Part shown: piece after piece, positions 14,501-22,337 of the stretch
How positions within the stretch are numbered: position 1 is the stretch's first letter
Layout of the letters: every line of letters starts with the position of its first letter
Source: an uncultured bacterium
GTDB lineage: Bacteria > Auribacterota > Erginobacteria > Erginobacterales > Erginobacteraceae
Length of the DNA: 64,000 nucleotides
Direction: 5' to 3'
NCBI GenBank assembly: GCA_963822585.1
Contig: CAWGIE010000031.1
Coordinates: 192,001-256,000 of the forward strand
Translations under genes and position numbers: made by a program
The notes under the pieces: generated by a model
The model's database searches: none
What the model was told of the DNA's origin: nothing
The model's input: only the letters and a program-made list of their open reading frames with translations

Positions 14501-17500
14501 TGTCATCAACGAGGTGGCCTTCAGCGCCCAGACCGATTGGGTCGAGCTCTACGTGAAATCCGGCGCTTCCGGGGTCAACATCCAGAACTGGTACCTCCAG
14601 GACTACGACAGCAGCACCACGCTCTTCACCACTGAGACGATCACGGTTCACACGGGTGATTACGTCGTCGTTCATTTCGAAGACGGCGTTGACGAAACCG
14701 ACGCGACCGGAATGGGCGCCAACGGTTACTGGGATATTTACATAGGATCGAGCCACAACCTCACCGCCACCGACGAGGGGTTGGCACTGGTATCGGCCGG
14801 CGGAAGGATCCGGGACGCGGTCTTCTGGGCGAACGATGACGGTACCGGTGAAAGCGAACGGACCGATTTCAACAACATCGCCCCCGGCCAATGGATACCG
14901 TCATACGCGGCCGACGTGGACGCGTTTGAGGATGCCGCCTGGACCGACAGCGATCTGATCGACGCCACCGACTCCATCTGCCGGGACGGGGTCAGCACCG
15001 ACACCAACACCAAGAGCGACTGGCACGAGTGCGACAACCCCAACCCGGGGGAGGACAACGAGCCGGCCGACATCGTGGGAATCCTGTCCTGGGAGGAAGA
15101 CACCTGGGCGGCCCACGCCACCTCGATTCCGAGCGGGACATGGCACAATCAGACAGTGGTCACCTTCTCCTGGACCGACCCTCTTTCCATCAGCAACGAC
15201 ACCTTCTACTACGAGATCGACTTCAGCGCTCAGACCGACTCCATCGGTACCGATGATGCCAAAACCGGCGCCCCCTACCTCGAAGGAGTCGATCTCACCG
15301 CCCTCGAATATGAAGGGACGTATTATTTCCACTGTGCCTCCTACACCGGCTGGGGGAAGAAAGGCCCCGAGCGCCTCTACCGGATCCGCTACGACCTGAC
15401 TCCGCCGGGGCCGGTCGCCGACCTTGCCAGCTCCTCCCACACCGTGGGAACCTGGAACGACACTACCGACCACATCAAGCTCACCTGGACCGACGCCGCC
15501 GACGATGCCTCCAACGTCCGCAGCGGCCACGATTATGACGTCTCCGGAGTACTCGGCTACTACTACCGGATCAACAGCGAGGCGAGCTACCTGCCCGAGA
15601 CCACGGATTCTTTCGTCAGCTTCGGCGACCAGTCCTGCGTGATCGAGGCCGGTGACGGAACCTGGTATTTCCACATCCGCTCGATTGACAACGCCGGCAA
15701 CTTTGACGACGCCGCGGTCACCGTCGGTCCTTTCAAGATCGATCTCCCCGCGACCGCCGGCAAGTTCCTGCGCGTCAACTACGTGCAGTACGTCCCGGAA
15801 TATAAAACCGCCTCCGCCGCCGCCTCCGCCGGCGACTGCATGCTCTATGAACTCCCGGGAGGGAAACATCTCCTCATCGACGGCGGCAGTTCCTGGTCTT
15901 CCACCTGGCTCAACCCGCCCCTGAGAACACTCCTTGACGACAAGCTGGGCGGCGCGGGCGAAACGCTTGATTACATGGTCCTGGCCATACCGAACGACAA
16001 CTCCGGCGCGGGTTTGACCGACGTCCTCGAACGGTACGATGTCCTTAATTACTATGAGACTTCGAAGTGGAATCAACTGACCTCGACCTGGTATGGGAAC
16101 CTCTGGACGGCACTGAACAGTGAAGGCAGTGATATCTACTACTTCGTGGCCGAGTTCAACGCCCACACCGCCGGCCTCCAGCTCAGCCCGGCGGCCGGCG
16201 CCGAGATCGGACCGGGCTGGGACGACGACGTTGACGCCCGGCTGGTCACCGCCTGGAACAATGTGAGCGACGCCAACCGCCGGTCCGCCATGATCCGCAC
16301 GGCCGTGGGGTCGAGCAGCTTCCTCTGCGGCGGCGACTCCGTCGGCTCACAGACTTCGTCTTCCGACGGTACCGGCACCCCCGACAGCATCTACTATCCC
16401 GAATACTACGCCCGGACCTATCGCCCCAATGATATCGACGTTGACATCTTCGCCGTCAACCAGAATGGATCCGATACATACGGGAGCAACGGCATTACAT
16501 TTATCAAGCGGGTCAGCCCGCGCTTCGGAATCGTCCAGCTTGGCTATAACAGCTCGCAGACCAATCCGAAAGAAGAGGTCATGGATCGTCTCAATGACGC
16601 CGGTGCGATCGTTTACCGGAACGACCTTGACGGCACCGTGATCGTGAAATCCGATAACCGCGGAAACTATGACATCACCCGGGAAAGGGCCTGGGCGAAT
16701 TATACCGATACGCCCGGCGCCAGTTCTAATTCCGATCTGGTCAATCCTCCTCCCGGGCTGCCCACGGAACTCTACATTGACAACACCACCTCGTCTTCGA
16801 TCACACTGACCTGGGCCGATGCTTTCGGCGAGCAGACCGGCGACATTTCCTATGACATCTATCGCGCTGACACCACCGGCGGCTGGGGCGGAGCCGGGAC
16901 CGATGCCAACCCGCGCGTCGCCGCCACCGGCATTTACAAGAAGATCGGTTCCACCGGAGCGGGAATGACCTCGTTCACCGACAACGGCCTCACCGGGAAC
17001 TTCGCCAGCCAGCCTTTCTATTACCGGGTCGTTGCCAAGAAGACGTATACCGATGCCGGCTTCTCCGTCACTTACGAACGGCGCTATTCCAACGAGACGG
17101 TTGCCACCGCCGGGGAAGCCCGCGACACCATCGCCCCGGAGAAGGTCATCAACCTTTACCTGGGAGAAGGCGATACCATCGGCGACTACGAATTCGCCTT
17201 CACCGCGCCGCATGAGAACGCCGACGCCGGCGGACGGTGCCGGTATTACGTGTTCAAGTATCAAGACAGCTCCTTCACCGCCTGGACCGATCCCGGCCTC
17301 TCCACCTATGTCCAGTGCTGGTATCCGGAATCCCCGGGGACAAGCGAGAACCTGAACCTGGAAGGCTTCACCGAGGACACTACGTACTATTTCGCGGTCA
17401 AGGCGTTCGATGAATACGGCAATGCCAGCCCGATGTCGGACGTCATCGCCGGGAAACCCCGGCCGCTCCGGGCGGGCGACGTTGTGGTCAACGAGATCGC

Positions 17501-18815
17501 CTGGATGGGGATCAAGGATGGCGCGGGTTTCGCCGGTCCGTACCACGAGTACATCGAGCTCTTCAACACTACCGAGAAGCCGATCAACCTCGCCGGCTGG
17601 GGAATGAACTGGTACGAGGATTCCGATGTCACCGTGTACTTCACCGTCTCGTCTCTAACCGCTCTCGGGGGGTCCTCATCCCTGAACAACACCAGGATCG
17701 ACGGCCAGGGTTTCTTCCTGATCGAACATGACCAGTCCAGCACCAACTCTTTCGGCGACATCATTCATAATAAGCTCCGCCTCCCGGACAGCGGCCGCGA
17801 CCTTTATCTCTGGGCCGGATCCCCCTACGACTACATGGTGATCGACACCGTACCCCACTACGGTTCGGGCTGGTACGCGGGCACTGATATCGGGAACTTC
17901 AACTCGATGGAACGGATTGTTCCCTACGGGGAGAGCGACGAAATCACCAACTGGGCGGATTACAGCGAAGACAGTACCCTCGGCGATTACTATAACGAGG
18001 CTCGAACCGACGATACCGTCATTTACGGAACACCCGGCGCCCAGAACAGCGTCTTCGTCGACCGCGAGAAAGACACCGACAACGATGGGATGTGGGACGT
18101 ATACGAGAAGAAGCAGTGGGATGAAGATCCAAATCACCGGCTCGATTACGAGGACGGCGACGCCAACGATGCCACCGGCCCGATATATCATCAGGGCCCC
18201 ATGGACGACGCCGACGGGGACGGCTTCACCAACCTCCAGGAATTCTGGCTCCGGACGAACCCCTACGACTCCACTAACCTTCTCCGCCTGGAGAGTATCA
18301 GAATGGTTACCGGCGGCGTCCCTCCCTCCATCCGTCCCCAGCTCATCTGGGAATCATGGGATCGCGTCAACTTCGACCTGCAGTACTTCGTGGACGGGTA
18401 CATCCAGCCGCTCTTTGACATCCTCTATGTTGACTGGCCCGCCGCCGCGCAGGCTGGAGGCGCCTTCCCCAACAACGACTGGTTCAACCAAACCGGTACC
18501 TGGTCGGTGCTGGCCTCAAATATCTACGCTTCCTGGGACTCAGTCACTACCACCTGGGAGGACAACCTCCTCGGCAGTCTCGGCGAAGGAGACATCCGCT
18601 TCTACCGCGTCTCCCTGCACGGCATGCACCTCGAGGGCGATCTGAACAATTACCTCGATGTCAGGCAGCCGGGGGCGACCTACAAGGGATCCGACCGGCG
18701 GGTGAGCGTGGTCACGCCCCAGATCTTTCTGATCCAGAAGCAAATCCTGAATGATCCCGACGGCAAAATGCTCGGGATGCCCGGGGCGGCCATCAGCGGA
18801 ATTGAAGGGCAATGA
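7329..18815 (+). CDS. Giant multidomain extracellular protein, intact 3' part (~3800 aa; true frame from ~7510): 5 lamin-tail domains, Fn3/Ig-like, 2 LamG-like, DUF1080-like lectin fold, degenerate MBL fold, Ca-binding DxDxDG repeats
   Basis: 3828-aa ORF. LTD motifs (V)VINE(I/V)A...(E/D)(W/Y)(I/V)EL(Y/F) at ~7995, 9860, 11235, 14500, 17480. LamG motifs FSIEAWI..WNHVAFTW..FKGKMDSVRIS and VTVECWF..WHNGAFTYDG..GRIDDLRIS. YYFAIKAYDEYGN Fn3 motif. DTDNDG..DADGDGFTNLQEF..TNPYD..FYRV tail. Confidence 0.9.
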   Translation: MLGARIPTTFPMTSSVPTPAAAGRAAAPTPTRVPPTPASTRRSVRPRPERSPLPTADWKADFASTRFYYRISAKKTYNESGEYVTYERRYSNESAATAGEAIDVTAPEGIADLSASGGMAFGDINLSFTAPHEDGAGGGKCMYYVIKSKADTDFSAWTDPAASVYVQTWAPQAPGASESLNLEDFTQGTTYYFAIKAYDEYGNESPLSNTASVEPRTLSAGDVVINEIAWKGSKDYGPGDPATDEYIELFNTTAGPIDLAGWAMNFAGGTTVSFEEGTGDAYVGSISDSVIGAHGYFLIENDSDSTNVAPNITDAGMDIADGGQNLYLWASSEYGSLLIDYVSCGSGWYAGTDAPDRNTMERIWPGNDSNETTNWADYSVDDTFGDYWHNQITTQYIYGTPGNPNSVLNEPPEARITVDPVPTWVQGTWAVSYRLRDADGDSCDIDAEFSTDGSTWVDASRSGTEGDPLTGLPTNTDGVSWTDYTFVWNTDAPADLNNDEDATVYFRIRPYNFAGGTVNFMGDTDAAPGTVFGVDNKGPSTPVPSIIDVAADGMTVFLSSESTDGGIGLNTDPYYFECTTDGAFDRTWGDQTHDAAGLSENTQYAFRSRARDAMPIPNLSDWSSETSRYTLLNPPADGELFLEAINWNQMSMAVAPPPNPAIGSTAWQFLTGDTNPGGANSSGWQTDPNYDRIDEDLLPNRQYGWKVRYRNAEGVNTEPNPNEQLKYTLAQPPSNFNNSTTVYVTCDHSFSTCTENPTFIFTNEDGFGTPNPVEYFEWTWDTDASTDPTGSSQFWTTGFLTQTATHEDVGWYLHLKSYNPDSAGHPTLYHMGPFCYMPVPGDGDLVINEIAWMGTAASSNDEWIELYNTTDAPLYLGGCKIYGGPTGAIEVIEIGGTVAASGYYLVERTNDNPVSDFNADTYGTFGGSGLANDGEWLLLKNADGDTVDSVDCSGGWFAGCTGYYYRTMERFDPAVSGSSSANWHPHNFSTDGVGKDADNNEIYGTPRAANSTPWTNAAPTTLAAYITGVPEMMESGQEYEISCTFSDDNGFQDFGDCELLLDNGDHDIRMPTDSPYLTGEVRSVYCSEGGSYLISPGAGNAQYQVTVTSGTALDTGGSSEGSVTVKWTFTPDWDWTESTDILVTVNACDADMECTGSFTADTHPAFYFDATNPNIIGITSDSTHVVDGVVRSPAAGTAFVTFTVTETGSEFDEGGGLTLHYLSNGDIGSGAIAMNQNGTSSPWTFTSASSIPVQNATQDQIITFWATGSDDMGNILTSSLSNPSYLSDDTAYFFVDVVGYGDVVINEIAWMGTDGGGSSDEWVELYNNSNVTVNLNGWQFYDGNTLTFGSGDTIAPKGYFLIENDQATTSVTGDKLWATLSLHDDGELIYLKDASGTQIDRANNSGTWFAGLNNPDYTMERRSPEIDGVEPSNWQTFAYPCAWATATDAGNSLIRGTPRAENSCYVGIDDTGPYFEGYYFYTKTKGYREETNPTSPTQWGDHLTPHIKISTGDTGVGLAPIGAPVWNDFQTRGYWQMDNNGGDSSGRGNTGSISGSGSYVPTGRFFYALDLNGGYFNVPEVSAMDGFNQFSIEAWIYPDWDQASGIQTIIGKNSSYYFLIDWNEQTVGMKVALNTITSGWTKAAWCDAGFLNPAAWNHVAFTWQSGARGNIFIDTVEVTTTGTSANAYGSLVDNSNAVQVGAYNGSNTFKGKMDSVRISEKVRTTSEFTTQNNASPFRYRRDANDGGWSAYSDYAAYQQWGGIRGTSQDFSGAWNAATYAGNNWTVAGGVMNEASNSTAWTLHDNLLLNNMYVTARVKTGAADDGAVGIIFRKSIYVDNCYVFGIRPETSQCILFQGKLDSFDWDNVDWSASTGIWFYAGKKLEKDTWYDLEVAAVENNIRCYIDNEPVILALDAGAWYNGYAGLYSWDNAAASFDDFISNPIVNGRITGWEGDTDAQGATLSWARFDQRDAVNNQVQMLAFDLKNNMAWSDIFTVRTDPDKPAPWENLANLNVDGEWVTETVDSTTPSVRLQITDDETGLKAKRRYNDPDRDTILYYPFDESWVTQGCGDYSRYLVYGYGPNTDATGFSNHTVAENWNSPNNTFGWCMYFNGTDDFVWAGSRWTPGGYTGQWYPHLDFNGQTGVTVECWFNSETTGAGAAWKRIVSQSKYDSGMYGCFELSLDDDSHLRVGLNTTSGWIWIESTSQISADTWHNGAFTYDGATIKLFLDGVLESQTAVTGTIAVSASTWGETTDHWPIVVGASLWPGQTDNSAPGGYQAPWEGRIDDLRISRVARSEEEIKLRYPTQDYNAIWSYSTTAGASWSNWTYAQTSGWTDTTTTAQWVTVNDIPFNNFSLTDNLIKFATMDMAGNVSVSDPQTVVIDTASVIDIVINEVAFSAQTDWVELYVKSGASGVNIQNWYLQDYDSSTTLFTTETITVHTGDYVVVHFEDGVDETDATGMGANGYWDIYIGSSHNLTATDEGLALVSAGGRIRDAVFWANDDGTGESERTDFNNIAPGQWIPSYAADVDAFEDAAWTDSDLIDATDSICRDGVSTDTNTKSDWHECDNPNPGEDNEPADIVGILSWEEDTWAAHATSIPSGTWHNQTVVTFSWTDPLSISNDTFYYEIDFSAQTDSIGTDDAKTGAPYLEGVDLTALEYEGTYYFHCASYTGWGKKGPERLYRIRYDLTPPGPVADLASSSHTVGTWNDTTDHIKLTWTDAADDASNVRSGHDYDVSGVLGYYYRINSEASYLPETTDSFVSFGDQSCVIEAGDGTWYFHIRSIDNAGNFDDAAVTVGPFKIDLPATAGKFLRVNYVQYVPEYKTASAAASAGDCMLYELPGGKHLLIDGGSSWSSTWLNPPLRTLLDDKLGGAGETLDYMVLAIPNDNSGAGLTDVLERYDVLNYYETSKWNQLTSTWYGNLWTALNSEGSDIYYFVAEFNAHTAGLQLSPAAGAEIGPGWDDDVDARLVTAWNNVSDANRRSAMIRTAVGSSSFLCGGDSVGSQTSSSDGTGTPDSIYYPEYYARTYRPNDIDVDIFAVNQNGSDTYGSNGITFIKRVSPRFGIVQLGYNSSQTNPKEEVMDRLNDAGAIVYRNDLDGTVIVKSDNRGNYDITRERAWANYTDTPGASSNSDLVNPPPGLPTELYIDNTTSSSITLTWADAFGEQTGDISYDIYRADTTGGWGGAGTDANPRVAATGIYKKIGSTGAGMTSFTDNGLTGNFASQPFYYRVVAKKTYTDAGFSVTYERRYSNETVATAGEARDTIAPEKVINLYLGEGDTIGDYEFAFTAPHENADAGGRCRYYVFKYQDSSFTAWTDPGLSTYVQCWYPESPGTSENLNLEGFTEDTTYYFAVKAFDEYGNASPMSDVIAGKPRPLRAGDVVVNEIAWMGIKDGAGFAGPYHEYIELFNTTEKPINLAGWGMNWYEDSDVTVYFTVSSLTALGGSSSLNNTRIDGQGFFLIEHDQSSTNSFGDIIHNKLRLPDSGRDLYLWAGSPYDYMVIDTVPHYGSGWYAGTDIGNFNSMERIVPYGESDEITNWADYSEDSTLGDYYNEARTDDTVIYGTPGAQNSVFVDREKDTDNDGMWDVYEKKQWDEDPNHRLDYEDGDANDATGPIYHQGPMDDADGDGFTNLQEFWLRTNPYDSTNLLRLESIRMVTGGVPPSIRPQLIWESWDRVNFDLQYFVDGYIQPLFDILYVDWPAAAQAGGAFPNNDWFNQTGTWSVLASNIYASWDSVTTTWEDNLLGSLGEGDIRFYRVSLHGMHLEGDLNNYLDVRQPGATYKGSDRRVSVVTPQIFLIQKQILNDPDGKMLGMPGAAISGIEGQ

Positions 18816-21337
18816 AGACGATGAAAAAAATTGGGTTGAATGACATTGCGAGGAAATCCCTCCTTAAATATCATTGCGAGGAGCGAGATCCTTCGCTTGC
18901 GCTCAGGACAGGCTCCGCAAACTCAATCCTTCGCCGGACTGGAGATTGCTTCGCTTCACTCGCAATGACTATGATTGCCCTCACGGTGACTGCTTCACTT
19001 TTCTTCGCCTTCCCGATGGGTTTGAGCGCCGAAACGCTGATCCTCGACTACTCCACCTACCTCGGGGGGAGTGGAGTTGACTATGGTTACGCCATCGCCG
19101 TCGAAGGTGGCGAGGCCTATATCTCCGGTTATACCCAGTCTTTAACCGATTTCCCCGTCGCGGGCGCCTACCAGACCACGTATGGCGGCAGCCAGGATGC
19201 CTTTGTCAGCAAGCTCAATTCCGCCGGCAACAATCTCATCTATTCAACGTATCTTGGTGGTGACGGTGCCGATACCGCCTATGGTATCGCCGTTGACGCT
19301 GGTGAGGTCTATGTTGCCGGAGAAACCACTTCAACCAATTTCCCCATTTACAACGCTTTCCAGGGCGGCGGCGGCGGCACTTACGCGGATGCCTTCGTCT
19401 CCAAGATCAACTCCGCCGGCGATACCCTCATTTACTCGACTTATCTGGGAGGTGGAATGGCCGATGGGGCGAAAGCGATCGCCGTCGAAAGCTACGAGGC
19501 GTATGTCGCCGGGGTGACCAACTCCACCGATTTCCCGACCGTTAACGCCTATCAGGCCAGTAAAGGGAGCGTCCAGGACGCTTTCATCAGCAAGCTCAAC
19601 TCCGCCGGCAACGGCCTCCTTTATTCAACCTTTCTGGGAGGTGACGACACCGATGTGGCGAAAGGCATCTCCGTCGCGGGCGGCGGGTACGCCTATGTTA
19701 CCGGAGACACTGCCTCATTCGCTTTTCCAGCCATAAACGCCTATCAGACAACCTTTTCAGGGGACACTGGTGTGTCGGACGCCTTTGTCACCAAGGTCGC
19801 CCCCGACGGGCTTTCCCTTATATTCTCAACCTATCTGGGGGGAACTACCGGCCCCACCAGTGAGGACACCGGAGACGCTATCGCCGTGGACACAAGTTAT
19901 TGCGTTTACGTTATCGGTTCGACCCTCGCCACCGATTTCCCCACCGTTAACCCTTACCAGGCGAATCCCGCCGGGGACAGGGACATTTTCGCCGCTAAGT
20001 TTGCCTCCGGCGGGAATGCTTTGATTTATTCCACCTATTTGGGCGGAATATCACTCGACCAGGGATATGATCTCGCCGTAGACTCCAGTAAGCGCGCCTG
20101 CCTGACGGGGTATGTTACTTCCGTGGATTTCCCCACCGTTAATCCCTACCAGTCAACCCGGAACGGGACGGCCAGGGAAGCTTTCGTCAGCCGCATCTCC
20201 TCCGACGGCAGCGTGCTGGAATATTCGACCTATCTGGGAGGGAATGGGCTCGATCAGGCGAACGGGATCTCGCTTTACGGCGACGATGTCTATCTCGTCG
20301 GAAATACTCAGTCCGGCGATTTCCCGACAGTGAACGCGTATCAGGCAGCCCATGCCGGGGGGACGGAGGACGCCTTCGCCGCCAGGCTGAAATTCGTCTT
20401 CACACCGACGCCGACGCCGCCGCCGCCGCCGACGCGGACGCCGCCGCCAACGCCGCCGCCAACGCCGCCGCCGACAGCCACTCCGCCGCCAACAGCGACG
20501 CCGGTCGGGTATCATACACCGCCCCCGACTCCCCTGCCGATGCCGACGGCTGTCTGGGCCCCGAGCACCGACCCTGACAAGCTCGATTCCCTCCTGGGGA
20601 CCGGGTTCTTCCCCCCCGGGACGGACATGGACAGTTCAACCACGATAAATATCTGGATCGGACAAAAATGGGAGAAGAACTTCATGTCCAGCGATGGGTA
20701 CTGGAAAGACCAGACTCAGAACCCTTCCACCCTGACGATCAAGCCGGAGAGCGGGTTCCAACTTCAATTCGATGCCGGCCTTCCCTCAAATCATACTTTT
20801 TACCTCGCCGCCCGGCTCAAGACCAACAGCTACTACCACGAGATCAACTCGCGGATCTGGAACAGTCAGACGGTGAGCCCGGGCGATGATGCCTTTGACA
20901 CTGAGGCCCAGCTCACAAACATCGCCTACAACTTCCCGGTCAGGACCGACTTCATCAGCGGTCTCACCCCCGATTTCCCTCTCCTGGCGGGGACCAAAAA
21001 CGCCGCTTTCCCCGGCTGGGAAGCCTTTGAGAGCGACTGGGTTCTCTTCTATGACCAGGACATACCTGGTGTGGGATCGGGTGTGACCGCGGCCGTCTAT
21101 TACGACCACGGCGAAGGGGCCGAACACGATCGCTGGGAGTATATTCTCCCCTTTTCCCTGATGGGGGAGGAGGTGGGTGTCGGGGACCTCTCCTTCGCCC
21201 CCGGCGCGCCGGTAATAACGCTCCAGTACTGCAACCCCAACGACCCTGGTCCCTGGTCGTCTTTCACGATGGGGGACAGCATGCCTTACCAGAATAACGG
21301 GGCCAACAAGATCAAAACCTACTTGAAATATGAATAA
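18812..21337 (+). CDS. Secreted SBBP (beta-propeller) repeat protein + Pro/Thr linker + C-terminal domain
   Basis: Repeated YSTYLGG.G.D....IAV.....Y..G.T.S.DFP..N.YQ......DAF..K units. Signal peptide ends MGLSA. TPPP linker at ~20400-20550. ATGA overlap with the giant gene stop. Confidence 0.9.
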   Translation: MKTMKKIGLNDIARKSLLKYHCEERDPSLALRTGSANSILRRTGDCFASLAMTMIALTVTASLFFAFPMGLSAETLILDYSTYLGGSGVDYGYAIAVEGGEAYISGYTQSLTDFPVAGAYQTTYGGSQDAFVSKLNSAGNNLIYSTYLGGDGADTAYGIAVDAGEVYVAGETTSTNFPIYNAFQGGGGGTYADAFVSKINSAGDTLIYSTYLGGGMADGAKAIAVESYEAYVAGVTNSTDFPTVNAYQASKGSVQDAFISKLNSAGNGLLYSTFLGGDDTDVAKGISVAGGGYAYVTGDTASFAFPAINAYQTTFSGDTGVSDAFVTKVAPDGLSLIFSTYLGGTTGPTSEDTGDAIAVDTSYCVYVIGSTLATDFPTVNPYQANPAGDRDIFAAKFASGGNALIYSTYLGGISLDQGYDLAVDSSKRACLTGYVTSVDFPTVNPYQSTRNGTAREAFVSRISSDGSVLEYSTYLGGNGLDQANGISLYGDDVYLVGNTQSGDFPTVNAYQAAHAGGTEDAFAARLKFVFTPTPTPPPPPTRTPPPTPPPTPPPTATPPPTATPVGYHTPPPTPLPMPTAVWAPSTDPDKLDSLLGTGFFPPGTDMDSSTTINIWIGQKWEKNFMSSDGYWKDQTQNPSTLTIKPESGFQLQFDAGLPSNHTFYLAARLKTNSYYHEINSRIWNSQTVSPGDDAFDTEAQLTNIAYNFPVRTDFISGLTPDFPLLAGTKNAAFPGWEAFESDWVLFYDQDIPGVGSGVTAAVYYDHGEGAEHDRWEYILPFSLMGEEVGVGDLSFAPGAPVITLQYCNPNDPGPWSSFTMGDSMPYQNNGANKIKTYLKYE
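18871..18968. repeat. Palindromic REP/RPE-like element inside the 5' end of the SBBP gene
   Basis: Perfect 10-bp terminal inverted repeat TCATTGCGAG...CTCGCAATGA. Translates as HCEER...DCFASLAMT, typical of such elements. Nested GATCCTTCGCTTGCGCTCAGGACAGG. Confidence 0.75.
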
Positions 21338-21509
21338 CTATATTTTCCCTTGGGGAAAATATACGTGGGCAAGCCCGGAAAGATATTACAGGGCTATTCT
21401 ATAGTTAGTTTGTGTAATTCGCGTAATTCGTGGTTTTATTTAATCGCCCGAGCCCCGGTAAACCGGGGTAAACTGCGCGAGGGCTTGGAGTATTCGTCGG
21501 AGAAATAAC

Positions 21510-22094
21510 GTGACCAAGAAAATCTTTATAACAGTAATCCTGCTCTCGATCGCCGGCTTCTTCTCCGCTCGGGTATGGGGTTATAACGTAACCCTGATCT
21601 ACCGGAACACGGTGGGGTTGATGGATGAGCACATGACGCTTTTGGAAGACGGCGATCTGGTCCAGCTTATCTTTACCAATGACTTGACGCGGAACCCGCC
21701 CAATATCATGAATGGGATGCCCACCGGAGATGATGTCCTCTGGGAGGGGACCGTTATCGGTGCCGGGGTCGGGCCCAGTGGAACTGGGACATTTATTGAT
21801 TCGTATCAATATAGCAGTGGAGATCTCGGCAAATATGTCTACATCCGTTTCTTCAACGCCTCGGTAATGGGGCAGGTGACTTACTATGGGATGAGCGGCC
21901 TCCACACCCTCTCCGAATTATTATTCAGCGGCACCCTGATCGATGTCTGGGACGTGACCGCCGGGGGACTCTACCTCTGGACCGAGTACCCCTTCATCGT
22001 CGTCCCCGAGCCGGGGACCTGGCTGACCATGCTCCCCGCTCTGGTATTCGCGATTTTTATCTTCCGGAAGAGGAAGAAAGACAAACAGTTATAA
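21510..22094 (+). CDS. PEP-CTERM sorting domain protein
   Basis: N-terminal signal peptide; C-terminus VPEPGTW + hydrophobic helix + RKRKK; GTG start after GGAG. Confidence 0.9.
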   Translation: MTKKIFITVILLSIAGFFSARVWGYNVTLIYRNTVGLMDEHMTLLEDGDLVQLIFTNDLTRNPPNIMNGMPTGDDVLWEGTVIGAGVGPSGTGTFIDSYQYSSGDLGKYVYIRFFNASVMGQVTYYGMSGLHTLSELLFSGTLIDVWDVTAGGLYLWTEYPFIVVPEPGTWLTMLPALVFAIFIFRKRKKDKQL

Positions 22095-22337
22095 ATGAAC
22101 GGAGCGATAAGCCCGAATGTCTAAATAATGAGGGTATATCAATCTAAAAAAAGCCGGGGAAGCGCGAAATAATCCCATTAAATCACATTCAATCGTCTGC
22201 GCCGCCCCGCCGCGCCCCGAAGCCTTAATCGGGGAAGTCTTAATCGGGGTTCAAACAGGGGCCGAGGTTGGGGGGGGCTGTATAATTTTATCTTGAACAT
22301 TTGTTTATCTGTTACCTGTAAGCGTGAAGTTCTTATT

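Noticed and set aside
7485..18191. Long minus-strand ORFs (777, 887, 421, 399 aa etc.) and similar ones at 22797-24125 and 25589-26650
   Set aside because: Antisense shadows of GC3-rich real genes; no recognisable motifs
20400..20550. ccg/acg microsatellite as a non-coding repeat
   Set aside because: Simply encodes the Pro/Thr linker, as do 23160-23300 and 25655-25900
21340..21509. Sigma54 promoter or PrsR enhancer before the PEP-CTERM gene
   Set aside because: No convincing TGGCAC-N5-TTGC seen
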